Shown here piece after piece: positions 1-8,302 of a stretch of 20,000 nucleotides of DNA. Within the stretch, counting starts at the first letter, position 1; every line of letters begins with the position of its first letter. This stretch comes from an uncultured virus (IMG/VR IMGVR_UViG_3300027563_000599) (taxonomy: Duplodnaviria > Heunggongvirae > Uroviricota > Caudoviricetes), in the IMG/VR virus record IMGVR_UViG_3300027563_000599; one strand, written 5' to 3'. The notes under the pieces were generated by a model. It was not told the DNA's origin. It made no database searches and was given only the letters and a program-made list of their open reading frames with translations. The position numbers were made by a program, and so were the translations under genes.

Positions 1-500
1 GGCAACACAGTGGCGCCTTTGTAATAGCTTTTTTGATCACTGTTTTGCAAATCAAATGCAGAGCTTGCACCAATTGCTGGAATCATGTGAGTCATGCCTT
101 GGTCCGGAATACAGCCAATGTAATATCCCAAGTTAGGGTCTCCGCTGGCAAACACACACAACACGCTCACACCCAGGTCTGGAGGAGTAAACCACATGCC
201 GTAGCTTTGTGGATTGCCGCCAATGTAGCCGCCCACACTGTTAGTGTCGCCTTTGTTGCCGGGACTGCGTGGTGTTGCTCCGTAGAATGAAGGACAGTAA
301 CTCACTGTGCGCCACAATGTTTTATCTTCTGGATCTGTACCGGCAAACTGTTCAATGTACACTTGTAATCGGCCTTGTCTTGTGGGGTCAACGTTGTTTT
401 TGACCACTCCAACAAAGGGTCCAAAAGCCGCAGTTGTGCCGCCACGATCAAGTTTGTAGTTTGGTGCAACTCCACTGTTTCTAATGATATTGTCTGACAT
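1..500 (-). CDS. Baseplate hub/spike protein, gp5/VgrG-like N-terminal OB-fold region (partial, runs off the left edge)
   Basis: Not in the ORF track; translated manually from ATG at 500: MSDNIIRNSGVAPNYKLDRGG...FGPFVGVVKNNVDPTRQGRLQVYIEQF...QSYGMWFTPPDLGVSVLCVFASGDPNLGYYIGCIP. The G-V-(x)-DP-x-x-x-GR-x-x-V and PP-x-x-G-x-x-V-x-x-x-F-x-x-GD motifs are typical of gp5 OB domains. TAATG overlap with the upstream gene. Confidence 0.8.
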   Translation of the reverse strand, partial: MSDNIIRNSGVAPNYKLDRGGTTAAFGPFVGVVKNNVDPTRQGRLQVYIEQFAGTDPEDKTLWRTVSYCPSFYGATPRSPGNKGDTNSVGGYIGGNPQSYGMWFTPPDLGVSVLCVFASGDPNLGYYIGCIPDQGMTHMIPAIGASSAFDLQNSDQKSYYKGATVL

Positions 501-2293
501 TATGGTTCTCTGTTCATTATTTGATTTACTGGAGGAATAGTTGTAAATGCAGCAGCATCATCATCGGCTGCTATTTGTTCTTGACGTATAGCCGCATCTT
601 CCGCTGCCAACACTCCGTACGGATCAGTTGGAGGTCGGCGCAGGCTTGCAAATGCTTCTGCATCCCCTTGTGCTGCTGCATCCGCAGCTATGGCAGCATC
701 TTCAGCTGCCAACACTCCATAAGGATCAGTTGGAGGGACAGTTTTAAATGCGGCAGCATCATTGGCAGCCACTGCTGCTTCTGCTATGGCTGCGTCTTCT
801 GCTGCAAATATTTCGTTTCTTTGTGCATCGGTCATGACGTTGGGTGGTCGTACCTGGCCAGCAGCTATGGCATTGTCAATTCTGCGAACATCTGCTTGAG
901 AGGCGCTTTCAGCACGCTGAGTATTGTTGTTTTTGCCAGCAGCAGCGGCAGCAGTAGCTGGATCCAATAAATCAATAAAAGTTCCTTTGATGTCTTGTTC
1001 AAATCTACCTTTGCTGAATCTACTAACAACTTGCGTAGTTTTGTATGTATACACCGCTGAGGCTGTACCTGTTTTGTTGGGGTTGGCTAGGCCGGTGCCT
1101 GTTAGATCATAGTCAACTCCAGGATTCCATTGTATATCAAAAATAATTTCCTGAGCGTCAAAATTGATTCCGCCATCGGGATTGAACGGATTAAAATTAA
1201 AGTTGAGTGAGCTGATGCCGGTAGCAGCTTCTCCTTGCTGTAGCCAGGCCGGATCGCCTACAATGTTCAACTCACAGTTGGCAATGTCTGACCTGCTGTA
1301 CAAGTAATCCGCTGCTGATGCACCTATTGAGTTTGTTCGGCCGTCGGCTCCCTGACTGCCGCTGTCTGCCACAGCCGCTTGATATTCACGAGGAGGTGTT
1401 TCTCTGTTGTTTGCAATTCGTGTGGCAGTCAACAACTGAGGGCTGGTAAATGTTGTGTGGTATAATTTGTTAAAACTTTGTTCGAATCTCAACACCTGAG
1501 TGTTTTGTCCTGTGAACCAGTATTTGTAGCTCTTGTGTCGGCCGCGCAAGGTTGCGTTTGAAAAATATTCACTTTCCATACTGTTTATAGGATACGCAGA
1601 AATCACATATGTGATGTTGTAAGCATAGTCATTGCGTTTTTTGTCCAGCTTGATTGGAGTGGTCTGCACTGAAATTTTGTACCAGACCAAATTTCCCAGT
1701 GGTTTTTGTGGTTTTGGTTTTTGCGTTGGTTCATCAATTATGGCAGATGCTTGATCAGCAATATAGGTGCTGTTTTTTAATATTTCATCCAGAATAACCA
1801 CAATCGGTGTGCCGGCTTTGGCGTCAAAAGTTCTCACATCATAATCAGCAGAGTTGGTGTTAGGATTGACCTTGTCTGACGGGCTTTTTGACTGTTGCAT
1901 AGGCACCTTGGCCTTGTTGGGCTTGCCGCCCTTGGTAACACGGGCATCTCCCAGGCCAGCAGGTGCAAATTCTATGCTGTAGTGATTGGCCACTTCCCAA
2001 ATTCCAGCACTCACAAGGTCAGCTTCTTGTTTGTTCAATGCAGCGATGAGACCAACTGCAATATTTTTATTCACACTGGGCGCAGCGTTGGCCTTGGGTG
2101 GTGCAGATGTAGCAGATGCAGGTTTGGTTTGGAGAGTTGAAAGATCTACTGATCTTTCAGTGGGTGTGGAGCCTCGTACCAAAATTGCTTGTTTGGCCGC
2201 CAACTCCTCTGGCGTCGATGGTAAGGGAGTCCCATTGGGTCCGCCGAATCTTTTTTTAGAAATGCGCTCTGCATCAAATAATATATTGGCCAT
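500..2293 (-). CDS. Putative baseplate hub/tail structural protein (597 aa) with C-terminal acidic Ala-rich repeats
   Basis: Long ORF directly upstream of the gp5-like gene. It contains a beta-rich region with CELNIVGDPAWL and SRFSKGRFEQDIKG, resembling gp27-type hub C-termini. AGGAG RBS upstream of the ATG. Confidence 0.6.
   Translation of the reverse strand: MANILFDAERISKKRFGGPNGTPLPSTPEELAAKQAILVRGSTPTERSVDLSTLQTKPASATSAPPKANAAPSVNKNIAVGLIAALNKQEADLVSAGIWEVANHYSIEFAPAGLGDARVTKGGKPNKAKVPMQQSKSPSDKVNPNTNSADYDVRTFDAKAGTPIVVILDEILKNSTYIADQASAIIDEPTQKPKPQKPLGNLVWYKISVQTTPIKLDKKRNDYAYNITYVISAYPINSMESEYFSNATLRGRHKSYKYWFTGQNTQVLRFEQSFNKLYHTTFTSPQLLTATRIANNRETPPREYQAAVADSGSQGADGRTNSIGASAADYLYSRSDIANCELNIVGDPAWLQQGEAATGISSLNFNFNPFNPDGGINFDAQEIIFDIQWNPGVDYDLTGTGLANPNKTGTASAVYTYKTTQVVSRFSKGRFEQDIKGTFIDLLDPATAAAAAGKNNNTQRAESASQADVRRIDNAIAAGQVRPPNVMTDAQRNEIFAAEDAAIAEAAVAANDAAAFKTVPPTDPYGVLAAEDAAIAADAAAQGDAEAFASLRRPPTDPYGVLAAEDAAIRQEQIAADDDAAAFTTIPPVNQIMNREP
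548..810 (-). repeat. 2-3 copies of the coding repeat DPxGVLAAEDAAI...DAxAF
   Basis: Two full copies (DPYGVLAAEDAAI...) and one degenerate copy (EIFAAEDAAI...) in the translation. Confidence 0.85.
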
Positions 2294-2296
2294 GTA

Positions 2297-3769
2297 TTAT
2301 GCTCCTGCTCCTAAACTGTTGATGGTTCCGCCACCTACTTCTTGATTGGGTGTTCCATCAATCACGGTTGACGTCTGAGGTGTAGGTGTTGTTTGTCTGC
2401 CATCATCTGGTGATACTTCTGCCAATACTACACCTTTGGTCAGCAGGTCTTTGACTGTGGCTCCTGATATCTCAATATCAGCTTTGATCACACCTAGGTT
2501 AGAACCAAATCCTATTGAGTAAGGAATAGCTGTTGCTTTGACCTGATATTCAACCAACCTGTTGTTTACACTGAAATTGATGTCAGACAGTCTAAAAGGT
2601 ATAATTTTTTCCACAACGGCATTGTTGTTGTCAGAGTCGCTGGCCTGCACAATTTTTCCATTTTGATCGTAGCCGTAAAACCGTATGATCAGTGCATAAT
2701 AGGCAGCAACATAGGGAACTCCGTTCACAGATTCTTCGGTGATTTTTTTGTACACTGATTGTACTGCTTTGTACAAGTTGTCGATCAGTGTTATGCCCGA
2801 AGTTTCAGTCACAGTAAAACTCAACTCAGTGGCGTTGTGGGCTCTATTGCTGCCTTTGCCGGTTATTGTGCTTTTTATTTCTAGATTGTCAAAATAGTAA
2901 TCCAATCCAAAGAATGGGTTGCGACCTGCGTTGGTTGAGTTGCTGCCAGCAAAGGTGGTTGATCTAGGATCGCTTGATCCAGTCCTTCTTCCGGACGCAT
3001 CTCGAAGTTCAGGTTGTACTCCAGCAGTTCCTGCTGGAGCTCCTCCGCTTTGAATCAATAGGTTGTATTGACTCACTGTTATTTTTGATGTTTTTTGCAG
3101 GGTAGTGTACTGCTCCGGTGTCAGCAGGTACCAGCCAATGTTGTAGGTATAACTGGCATATTGATCCAACACATTGTTTTTTGGCGCAAAAGTACTTTGG
3201 CCAGCAGTGGCAGCTGATATAATTTGCTGTGTGTTTGCAGCAGTAACACCATCATCACCTTTGGTGGCCGCACCGGGTTCACCGCCTGGGCGTCCTTCTG
3301 CAAGCGGAATGTACAGTTCTCCTGTTTCGGGATTTCGACGAGAAGTTGCCAGGGCGCCTTCTTCATTGTATATTGGCAATCCTCTGGTATTGTCGACCGA
3401 TTGTGTTTCTGTTAAGGTCTTTACCGGAGGATTGGTTCCTGTTTCTGTGTTGCTGGCCAAGGTGGCAGCTTGATCCGTTGTTAATCTTCCTGTGCTGGTA
3501 GGAGCCGGTGCAGGATTCTGTGTGGCTCCGGTATCACTAGTAGCAACATCTGCGGCTGCTGTCGTTTGAGTCGGTTGTGTTTCATTTTCTTTGTCAACTA
3601 CAGCTCGTGCTTCATTCAGCAGGCTTTGTTTGTCTACTGGTGCACCTTTTTCAATTGCAAGATTAATTGCATCTGATGGTAGCTCAGCTCGCGATATAGT
3701 TTTTCCAGTATCTGTATCAACGACTATGAATAAGCCTGTAGTCGATTGGCGTTTAATTTCATAGGCCAT
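2297..3769 (-). CDS. Putative baseplate hub-associated structural protein (490 aa)
   Basis: Long ORF within the baseplate operon. Low-complexity T/A/P-rich N-terminal part, then a globular region starting NVLDQYASYTYNIGWYLL. Confidence 0.55.
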   Translation of the reverse strand: MAYEIKRQSTTGLFIVVDTDTGKTISRAELPSDAINLAIEKGAPVDKQSLLNEARAVVDKENETQPTQTTAAADVATSDTGATQNPAPAPTSTGRLTTDQAATLASNTETGTNPPVKTLTETQSVDNTRGLPIYNEEGALATSRRNPETGELYIPLAEGRPGGEPGAATKGDDGVTAANTQQIISAATAGQSTFAPKNNVLDQYASYTYNIGWYLLTPEQYTTLQKTSKITVSQYNLLIQSGGAPAGTAGVQPELRDASGRRTGSSDPRSTTFAGSNSTNAGRNPFFGLDYYFDNLEIKSTITGKGSNRAHNATELSFTVTETSGITLIDNLYKAVQSVYKKITEESVNGVPYVAAYYALIIRFYGYDQNGKIVQASDSDNNNAVVEKIIPFRLSDINFSVNNRLVEYQVKATAIPYSIGFGSNLGVIKADIEISGATVKDLLTKGVVLAEVSPDDGRQTTPTPQTSTVIDGTPNQEVGGGTINSLGAGA

Positions 3770-3772
3770 ATA

Positions 3773-4072
3773 TTAGAATCCCAACGCTGAACGCAGTGTG
3801 CTGATCTTGGGTATGTAGATCAATGTGTTGATCACAAAGTCCAAGGGTGGCTTGGTCAAGGTGTTGGGATTGCGTTGATAGAACACCCACCACAGGCCCG
3901 CATTCTCGTACAGGTCAAAGGCCAAGAGATCTGGTCTGTACTGATAGGTCTGATTGATTGTAAACGGCAGATCATCACTCTGCGCAGGTATGGGTCTGTT
4001 GACCATGACATCTAGAAAAAACTGACTGTAGCCAGTGGCTGCGTACGGACTGGTTGCGTTGTAGGTTGCCAT
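3773..4072 (-). CDS. Baseplate wedge protein, gp53-like/LysM-like (99 aa)
   Basis: YRPDLLAFDLYENAGLWWVFYQRN matches the RPD-x-x-A-x-x-x-Y-G-x-x-x-x-WW pattern of gp53/LysM baseplate proteins. Confidence 0.8.
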   Translation of the reverse strand: MATYNATSPYAATGYSQFFLDVMVNRPIPAQSDDLPFTINQTYQYRPDLLAFDLYENAGLWWVFYQRNPNTLTKPPLDFVINTLIYIPKISTLRSALGF

Positions 4073-6303
4073 TACCAGAATCCTCCTTTGAGTAGGTCGC
4101 CATTGGCATATTGTCGTAGGCTAAACTGTTGGCTTTGTTGCTGGCGACTTTGAACTGGCAACAGTGTTAAGGCTATTTCAATCTTGGTAGGAACATATGT
4201 GGGACTGTTTAGTCCAAAGGTGGCCGGTGCTGGTTGTGCTGTTTTTCCGCCCTTGGGCAGGCCGGCATTGGCCAGTCGGTTGATTGCGCCGCCAAACAAT
4301 GGGCCCAGGATGCCACCACCCCAGGTAGTGCCAGGTGAGCGAGCATTGCCAGCTTGCCGTTGATTCAGCATGTTGCTGTTGTTGACGTTGGGACTGCGAG
4401 CACGTATGTAGTCCACATCTGTTGGCAAGGTATAGGTAAATGAAGTGACCACACAAGGGTGTTCGTTGAATTGATATTCGCCCAGTCCTGTGAGATATAC
4501 CAAAGGTGGCGGTGTGCCACGTTGGGCATCTTGTCCGTAGAACATCTTGGTCACTGACTTGAAAAAATGTATCACTGCCAGCAAGTAGTTGGCTTCGGTT
4601 GTGCTTTGTGCAGTGAACGGACAAGACAGAGTGACTGCGTCTACTGAACTGCTTTGGTAGTAGTAACCTTTGTAATTGGAGTGTGTGAGATCGTAACTGG
4701 AATAGTTGGCCTTGTAGGCAGTGCTGATTGCAGGTGTGTAGGGGAATATCACACCGCCTTGATCTTTAAGAGGTTGCAAGATACCAGGTGCCGGTGCTGC
4801 ATACAAATAATCAGCCTGTGGTGCCAAGCGTAGCTTAACCCGCCAATCTGCATTGTTGGGATTTCTACGCTGGTTAGCAATGGTGTTTTGTGCTCGTGCC
4901 TGATCCAGTGTGGCTTGTTGTTGTGCGGCCGCTTGTTGTGCAGCCACTTGGTCAAACAGTGCCGCATCTTCGGCTGCTATCTGATCCTCACGTATGGCAG
5001 CATCTTCGGCTGCCAACACCCCGTTGGGGTCAGCTGGACCACGTGATAAATTTTCAAACGCATCAGCGTCGCCCTGAGCTGCTTGTTGTTCTGCTATGGC
5101 AGCGTCTTCGGCTGCCAATACCCCCGTAGGGTCAGTGGGCAAGGTAGTGGGAAACGCTTCGGCGTCACTGCGAGCTATTTCTTCTTGACGTATGGCCTCA
5201 TCCTCAGCTGCCAGTACTCCTGTAGGATCGTTAACTGTTTCGTTCAATCGAAACGCGGCAGCGTCATCAGCAGCAATTTGTTCTTGACGTATGGCCTCAT
5301 CCTCAGCTGCCAGTACTCCTGTAGGGTCAGCTGGACCACGTGATAAATTTTCAAATGCATCAGCATCGCTTTGTGCTGCTGCTTGTTCTGCTATGGCTGC
5401 ATCTTCGGCTGCCAACACCCCATTGTCAGCCGGGCCACGTGATAAATTTTCAAATGCATCAGCATCGCTTTGCGCAATTGCCTCATCCTCAGCAGCCAGT
5501 ACTCCATTTGGGTCAGCTGGGCCACGTGATAAATTTTCAAATGCATCAGCATCGCTTTGTGCAATGGCATCGTCTTCGGCTGCCAACACCCCATTGGGGT
5601 CAGCTGGGCCACGTGATAAATTTTCAAATGCATCAGCATCGCTTTGTGCAATTGCATCGTCTTCGGCTGCCAACACCCCATTGGGGTCAGCTGGTCCTAC
5701 TGTTTGGAACGCAGCAGTGTCATCATCACCAAAGCCTGTGCCGGCGGTGGCTGGATTTACTGTAGGAGTACTTTTTGGTACTGCTGTGCTGGCCGGCAAA
5801 ACATCCTTTGTGCTTTTGAAGATACCTCCAATCCTGCTGGCCAAGGCGGCAGTAGCCAATGGGTTGGCTACAGCAGCGCCCAGTGCAACTGCACCCAATG
5901 TGTCTAATAGTCCGCTTGAATTGCTCAACATGCTGCCTGTTCTGGGCGACGGTGTTGACACATTGTAAGGCAGTTGTTTGTTGGCCGGGTCGATTAATGG
6001 ACTCACACTACCATTTTGGTTGCCAGCTGCCGCAAGTGAATTAGGAACACCAGGACCGGTGGAGGGCGGGGTTTTTCCAGCAGCAGAGGTCACTGCCGCT
6101 GTGGCATTGTTTGAAGCCAGTTGTGTGGATTTTACTGCTTCGGTAGCAGCTTCAACTGCTGCCAGTGCCGCAGGAGAAGGTGTTCGGCCAGCTTTTTGTG
6201 CTGCAATCACTGTGTTTTGCGCCGCTGCCAGTGTTTTGGTCGCGACAGCAAGTTCACGCTGTGCTTGTGAGGCCTGTGCTGTTAGTGATGGGGTGGTTGC
6301 CAT
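4072..6303 (-). CDS. Tail tube initiator/baseplate protein (gp48/54-like C-terminal domain) with long low-complexity and repeat N-terminal extension
   Basis: The C-terminal ~255 aa (DWRVKL...VIFPYTP...THSNY...PPPLVYL...PCVVTSFTYTLP) resemble tube-initiator domains. The start was placed at 6303 (MATTPS) because of an AGGA RBS and an upstream ATAAATA motif. Confidence 0.65.
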   Translation of the reverse strand: MATTPSLTAQASQAQRELAVATKTLAAAQNTVIAAQKAGRTPSPAALAAVEAATEAVKSTQLASNNATAAVTSAAGKTPPSTGPGVPNSLAAAGNQNGSVSPLIDPANKQLPYNVSTPSPRTGSMLSNSSGLLDTLGAVALGAAVANPLATAALASRIGGIFKSTKDVLPASTAVPKSTPTVNPATAGTGFGDDDTAAFQTVGPADPNGVLAAEDDAIAQSDADAFENLSRGPADPNGVLAAEDDAIAQSDADAFENLSRGPADPNGVLAAEDEAIAQSDADAFENLSRGPADNGVLAAEDAAIAEQAAAQSDADAFENLSRGPADPTGVLAAEDEAIRQEQIAADDAAAFRLNETVNDPTGVLAAEDEAIRQEEIARSDAEAFPTTLPTDPTGVLAAEDAAIAEQQAAQGDADAFENLSRGPADPNGVLAAEDAAIREDQIAAEDAALFDQVAAQQAAAQQQATLDQARAQNTIANQRRNPNNADWRVKLRLAPQADYLYAAPAPGILQPLKDQGGVIFPYTPAISTAYKANYSSYDLTHSNYKGYYYQSSSVDAVTLSCPFTAQSTTEANYLLAVIHFFKSVTKMFYGQDAQRGTPPPLVYLTGLGEYQFNEHPCVVTSFTYTLPTDVDYIRARSPNVNNSNMLNQRQAGNARSPGTTWGGGILGPLFGGAINRLANAGLPKGGKTAQPAPATFGLNSPTYVPTKIEIALTLLPVQSRQQQSQQFSLRQYANGDLLKGGFW
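4960..5696 (-). repeat. Coding tandem repeat array of 8 GVLAAED-containing units, core period 87 bp (29 aa)
   Basis: GGTCAGCTGG recurs at 5511, 5598 and 5685 (87-bp spacing). Unit GPADPNGVLAAEDDAIAQSDADAFENLSR, with longer variant units downstream. Confidence 0.95.
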
Positions 6304-6321
6304 GGTCTTTTTCCTATACAA

Positions 6322-6328
6322 TATTTAT
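6322..6328 (-). promoter_or_regulatory. Putative late (gp55-type) promoter ATAAATA for the baseplate operon
   Basis: The minus strand reads GATAAATA, a 7/8 match to the T4 late consensus TATAAATA, 18 nt upstream of the ATG at 6303 and ahead of its RBS. Confidence 0.6.
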
Positions 6329-6361
6329 CGCAAAAATAAACTGGTCATATAATGATAAAGG

Positions 6362-6389
6362 TTGACAATGCAGTAAAAAGTGTTATAAT
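6362..6389 (+). promoter_or_regulatory. Consensus sigma70 promoter with extended -10
   Basis: TTGACA (6362-6367), 16-nt spacer, TATAAT (6384-6389) preceded by TGn. AAGGAG RBS follows before the GTG at 6416. Confidence 0.85.
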
Positions 6390-6415
6390 AAATACATTAC
6401 AAGGAGACACTGCCT

Positions 6416-7405
6416 GTGGCTACAAAACGCACAATATCAACCCTGGATCCTACCAAATCCATATCTGCACCCATTGCACCCAAAGTTAATTATCTCAACA
6501 ACAGAGACATTTTAAAAGAAATTCACGCCAGCAAGAACACCTATTGCTACTACAGAGATCCTGCTGTGGACAGCCAATATGACATTATCTTGGCCAGCCT
6601 GGAGAAAATCAATCAGCGAACCATTGCTGAGGCACGTAGGAATCGAGCAGACCGGCTCAAACGCGAAGGCACTATTGTGGATCCGGTAAAAATTCCCAAT
6701 ACCGATCTAGTGTTTAGAATCGCCTGCTGGGATCATATCCCAATGGCAGAGAAAAAGATTCCCAAGTCTGCGCAGAAGAAAAAACAAAAACTCGAAGATC
6801 TATTGGAGTTTGATGCTGAAGAAGAAATTGATGATTCCTTAGGTGAGTTACTGGATGATGTAATATTGAATCCTGTACGACAGCGTCTGAACTTTCCGCC
6901 GTTTGAACACTGGCGCCTGGACGAAAACAAAGAACGTGTTTGTGTAGGCCGCAGTCACTGGCTGGGTGATTTAGAAACTGGTGTGTTCAGCCGAGACCAT
7001 GGCAACATGACACGCAAGCTGGCACACATGTTCATGAAACTGTGTGAACGCTATGCCACACGATCAAACTGGAGAGGCTACACCTACAACGAAGAAATGC
7101 GCGGCCAGGCCTTGCTGCAACTCAGTCAAATTGGATTGCAATTCGACGAATCAAAATCACAAAATCCATTTGCCTACTACACCGCAGCCATCACCAACAG
7201 CTTTACTCGCATCTTAAATTTGGAAAAGAAAAGCCAAAACATCCGCGATGACATATTAGAAATCAACGGACTTAGCCCTAGTTGGACACGTCAAAATTCC
7301 GGGAAGGCCAGCATGGCAGCTCTGAGTGGACCAGTTACTGTTACCACTTACATTGTGGACAAGCCAGTGGAAGAAACCCATTTGGATTCCAACAACATTG
7401 TGTAA
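6416..7405 (+). CDS. gp55: T4 gp55-like late transcription sigma factor (329 aa)
   Basis: NYLNN N-terminal motif, then NWRGYTYNEEM and FDESKSQNPFAYYT...NSF-x-R-x-x-x-x-EKK. Classic position upstream of gp47/gp46. Confidence 0.88.
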   Translation: MATKRTISTLDPTKSISAPIAPKVNYLNNRDILKEIHASKNTYCYYRDPAVDSQYDIILASLEKINQRTIAEARRNRADRLKREGTIVDPVKIPNTDLVFRIACWDHIPMAEKKIPKSAQKKKQKLEDLLEFDAEEEIDDSLGELLDDVILNPVRQRLNFPPFEHWRLDENKERVCVGRSHWLGDLETGVFSRDHGNMTRKLAHMFMKLCERYATRSNWRGYTYNEEMRGQALLQLSQIGLQFDESKSQNPFAYYTAAITNSFTRILNLEKKSQNIRDDILEINGLSPSWTRQNSGKASMAALSGPVTVTTYIVDKPVEETHLDSNNIV

Positions 7406-7417
7406 TTTTACAAGCCC

Positions 7418-8302
7418 ATGACCATTGCTATTGTATATAACGGTGGAAGTTATGGTACCTATCTCGAATGGGTACTCACTACCTTAACTACTGATAATCC
7501 TATTATAGCCCCGTTTAGTTCAAACGGAAACAGCCATCAATTTGGGAGTGGTGCGGGCAACATACATTCTTCTAAATGGAAAGCAGTTGCCAACAAAGAA
7601 AAGTCCTGTTTGTTTGTTCGGCTGCATCCAAAAAATCACCAACACGAAGTACTAGATAATAATTTAAATCAAATTTTGGATGTTGCAGAAAAAATTATAT
7701 ATCTGTATCCAGGCCACGATTCGGTGTTGTTAAATGTAAACAACTTCTATTCAAAAATTTGGTTAGATTGGTGGAGTGCGCGATTATTAGATCCAGTATT
7801 TGCTGACAACTTGTACAGCAATTGGCCAGTTGAACGAGATACGCCTGTTGATCAAATACCGGTCTGGATAAAGAGAGAAATACTCAGTTTTAACTTGATG
7901 CCGGCCTGGGAGGACCAAGTGGAATGGTATCACCCAGACCGATGGAATCACCCACGATGTCAATTGGTATTGATTAACCAACTGTTGTATGATTTTGAAT
8001 TGACTCTGCTGAAGTTACAGGAATTTTGCAATTTGGAATTCAAAAAGGACATTGGTGATCTTGTTCCATTCCACCATACTATGTTGTCACTGCAACAGCA
8101 TCTTTCTCAAGATCAATTGTGTCACCGCATAGTTGACTGTACGCTGAACAATCAAATGTTTGAATGGACAGACATTCCTTTGCCCAGTCAAAGTTGGATA
8201 CAATGGCAATTGAGAAACCTGGGCTACGAAATTCGCTGTTATGAGCTTGACATGTTTCCGACAAATAGTGTACAATTAAAAAAACTACTTTATACTGTAT
8301 GA
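7418..8302 (+). CDS. Hypothetical protein, possible P-loop/sulfotransferase-like fold (paralog of 9309-10109)
   Basis: 294-aa ORF. N-terminal beta strand plus Gly-rich loop IAIVYNGGSYGTYL, and an FSSNGNSH motif. ATGA overlap with gp47. Confidence 0.5.
   Translation: MTIAIVYNGGSYGTYLEWVLTTLTTDNPIIAPFSSNGNSHQFGSGAGNIHSSKWKAVANKEKSCLFVRLHPKNHQHEVLDNNLNQILDVAEKIIYLYPGHDSVLLNVNNFYSKIWLDWWSARLLDPVFADNLYSNWPVERDTPVDQIPVWIKREILSFNLMPAWEDQVEWYHPDRWNHPRCQLVLINQLLYDFELTLLKLQEFCNLEFKKDIGDLVPFHHTMLSLQQHLSQDQLCHRIVDCTLNNQMFEWTDIPLPSQSWIQWQLRNLGYEIRCYELDMFPTNSVQLKKLLYTV

Noticed and set aside
4960..5696. Regularly spaced repeats as a CRISPR or guide-RNA array
   Set aside because: There are no unique spacers. 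Units are multiples of 3, vary mostly at synonymous positions and lie in frame within a long ORF, so they are protein repeats.
548..5696. Shared repeats as a diversity-generating retroelement TR/VR pair
   Set aside because: No reverse transcriptase is in the window, and the differences are not adenine-specific.
5083..6352. Plus-strand ORFs of 86-225 aa over the repeat region
   Set aside because: These are antisense shadows of an Ala-rich repetitive coding sequence, with no RBS or recognisable motifs.
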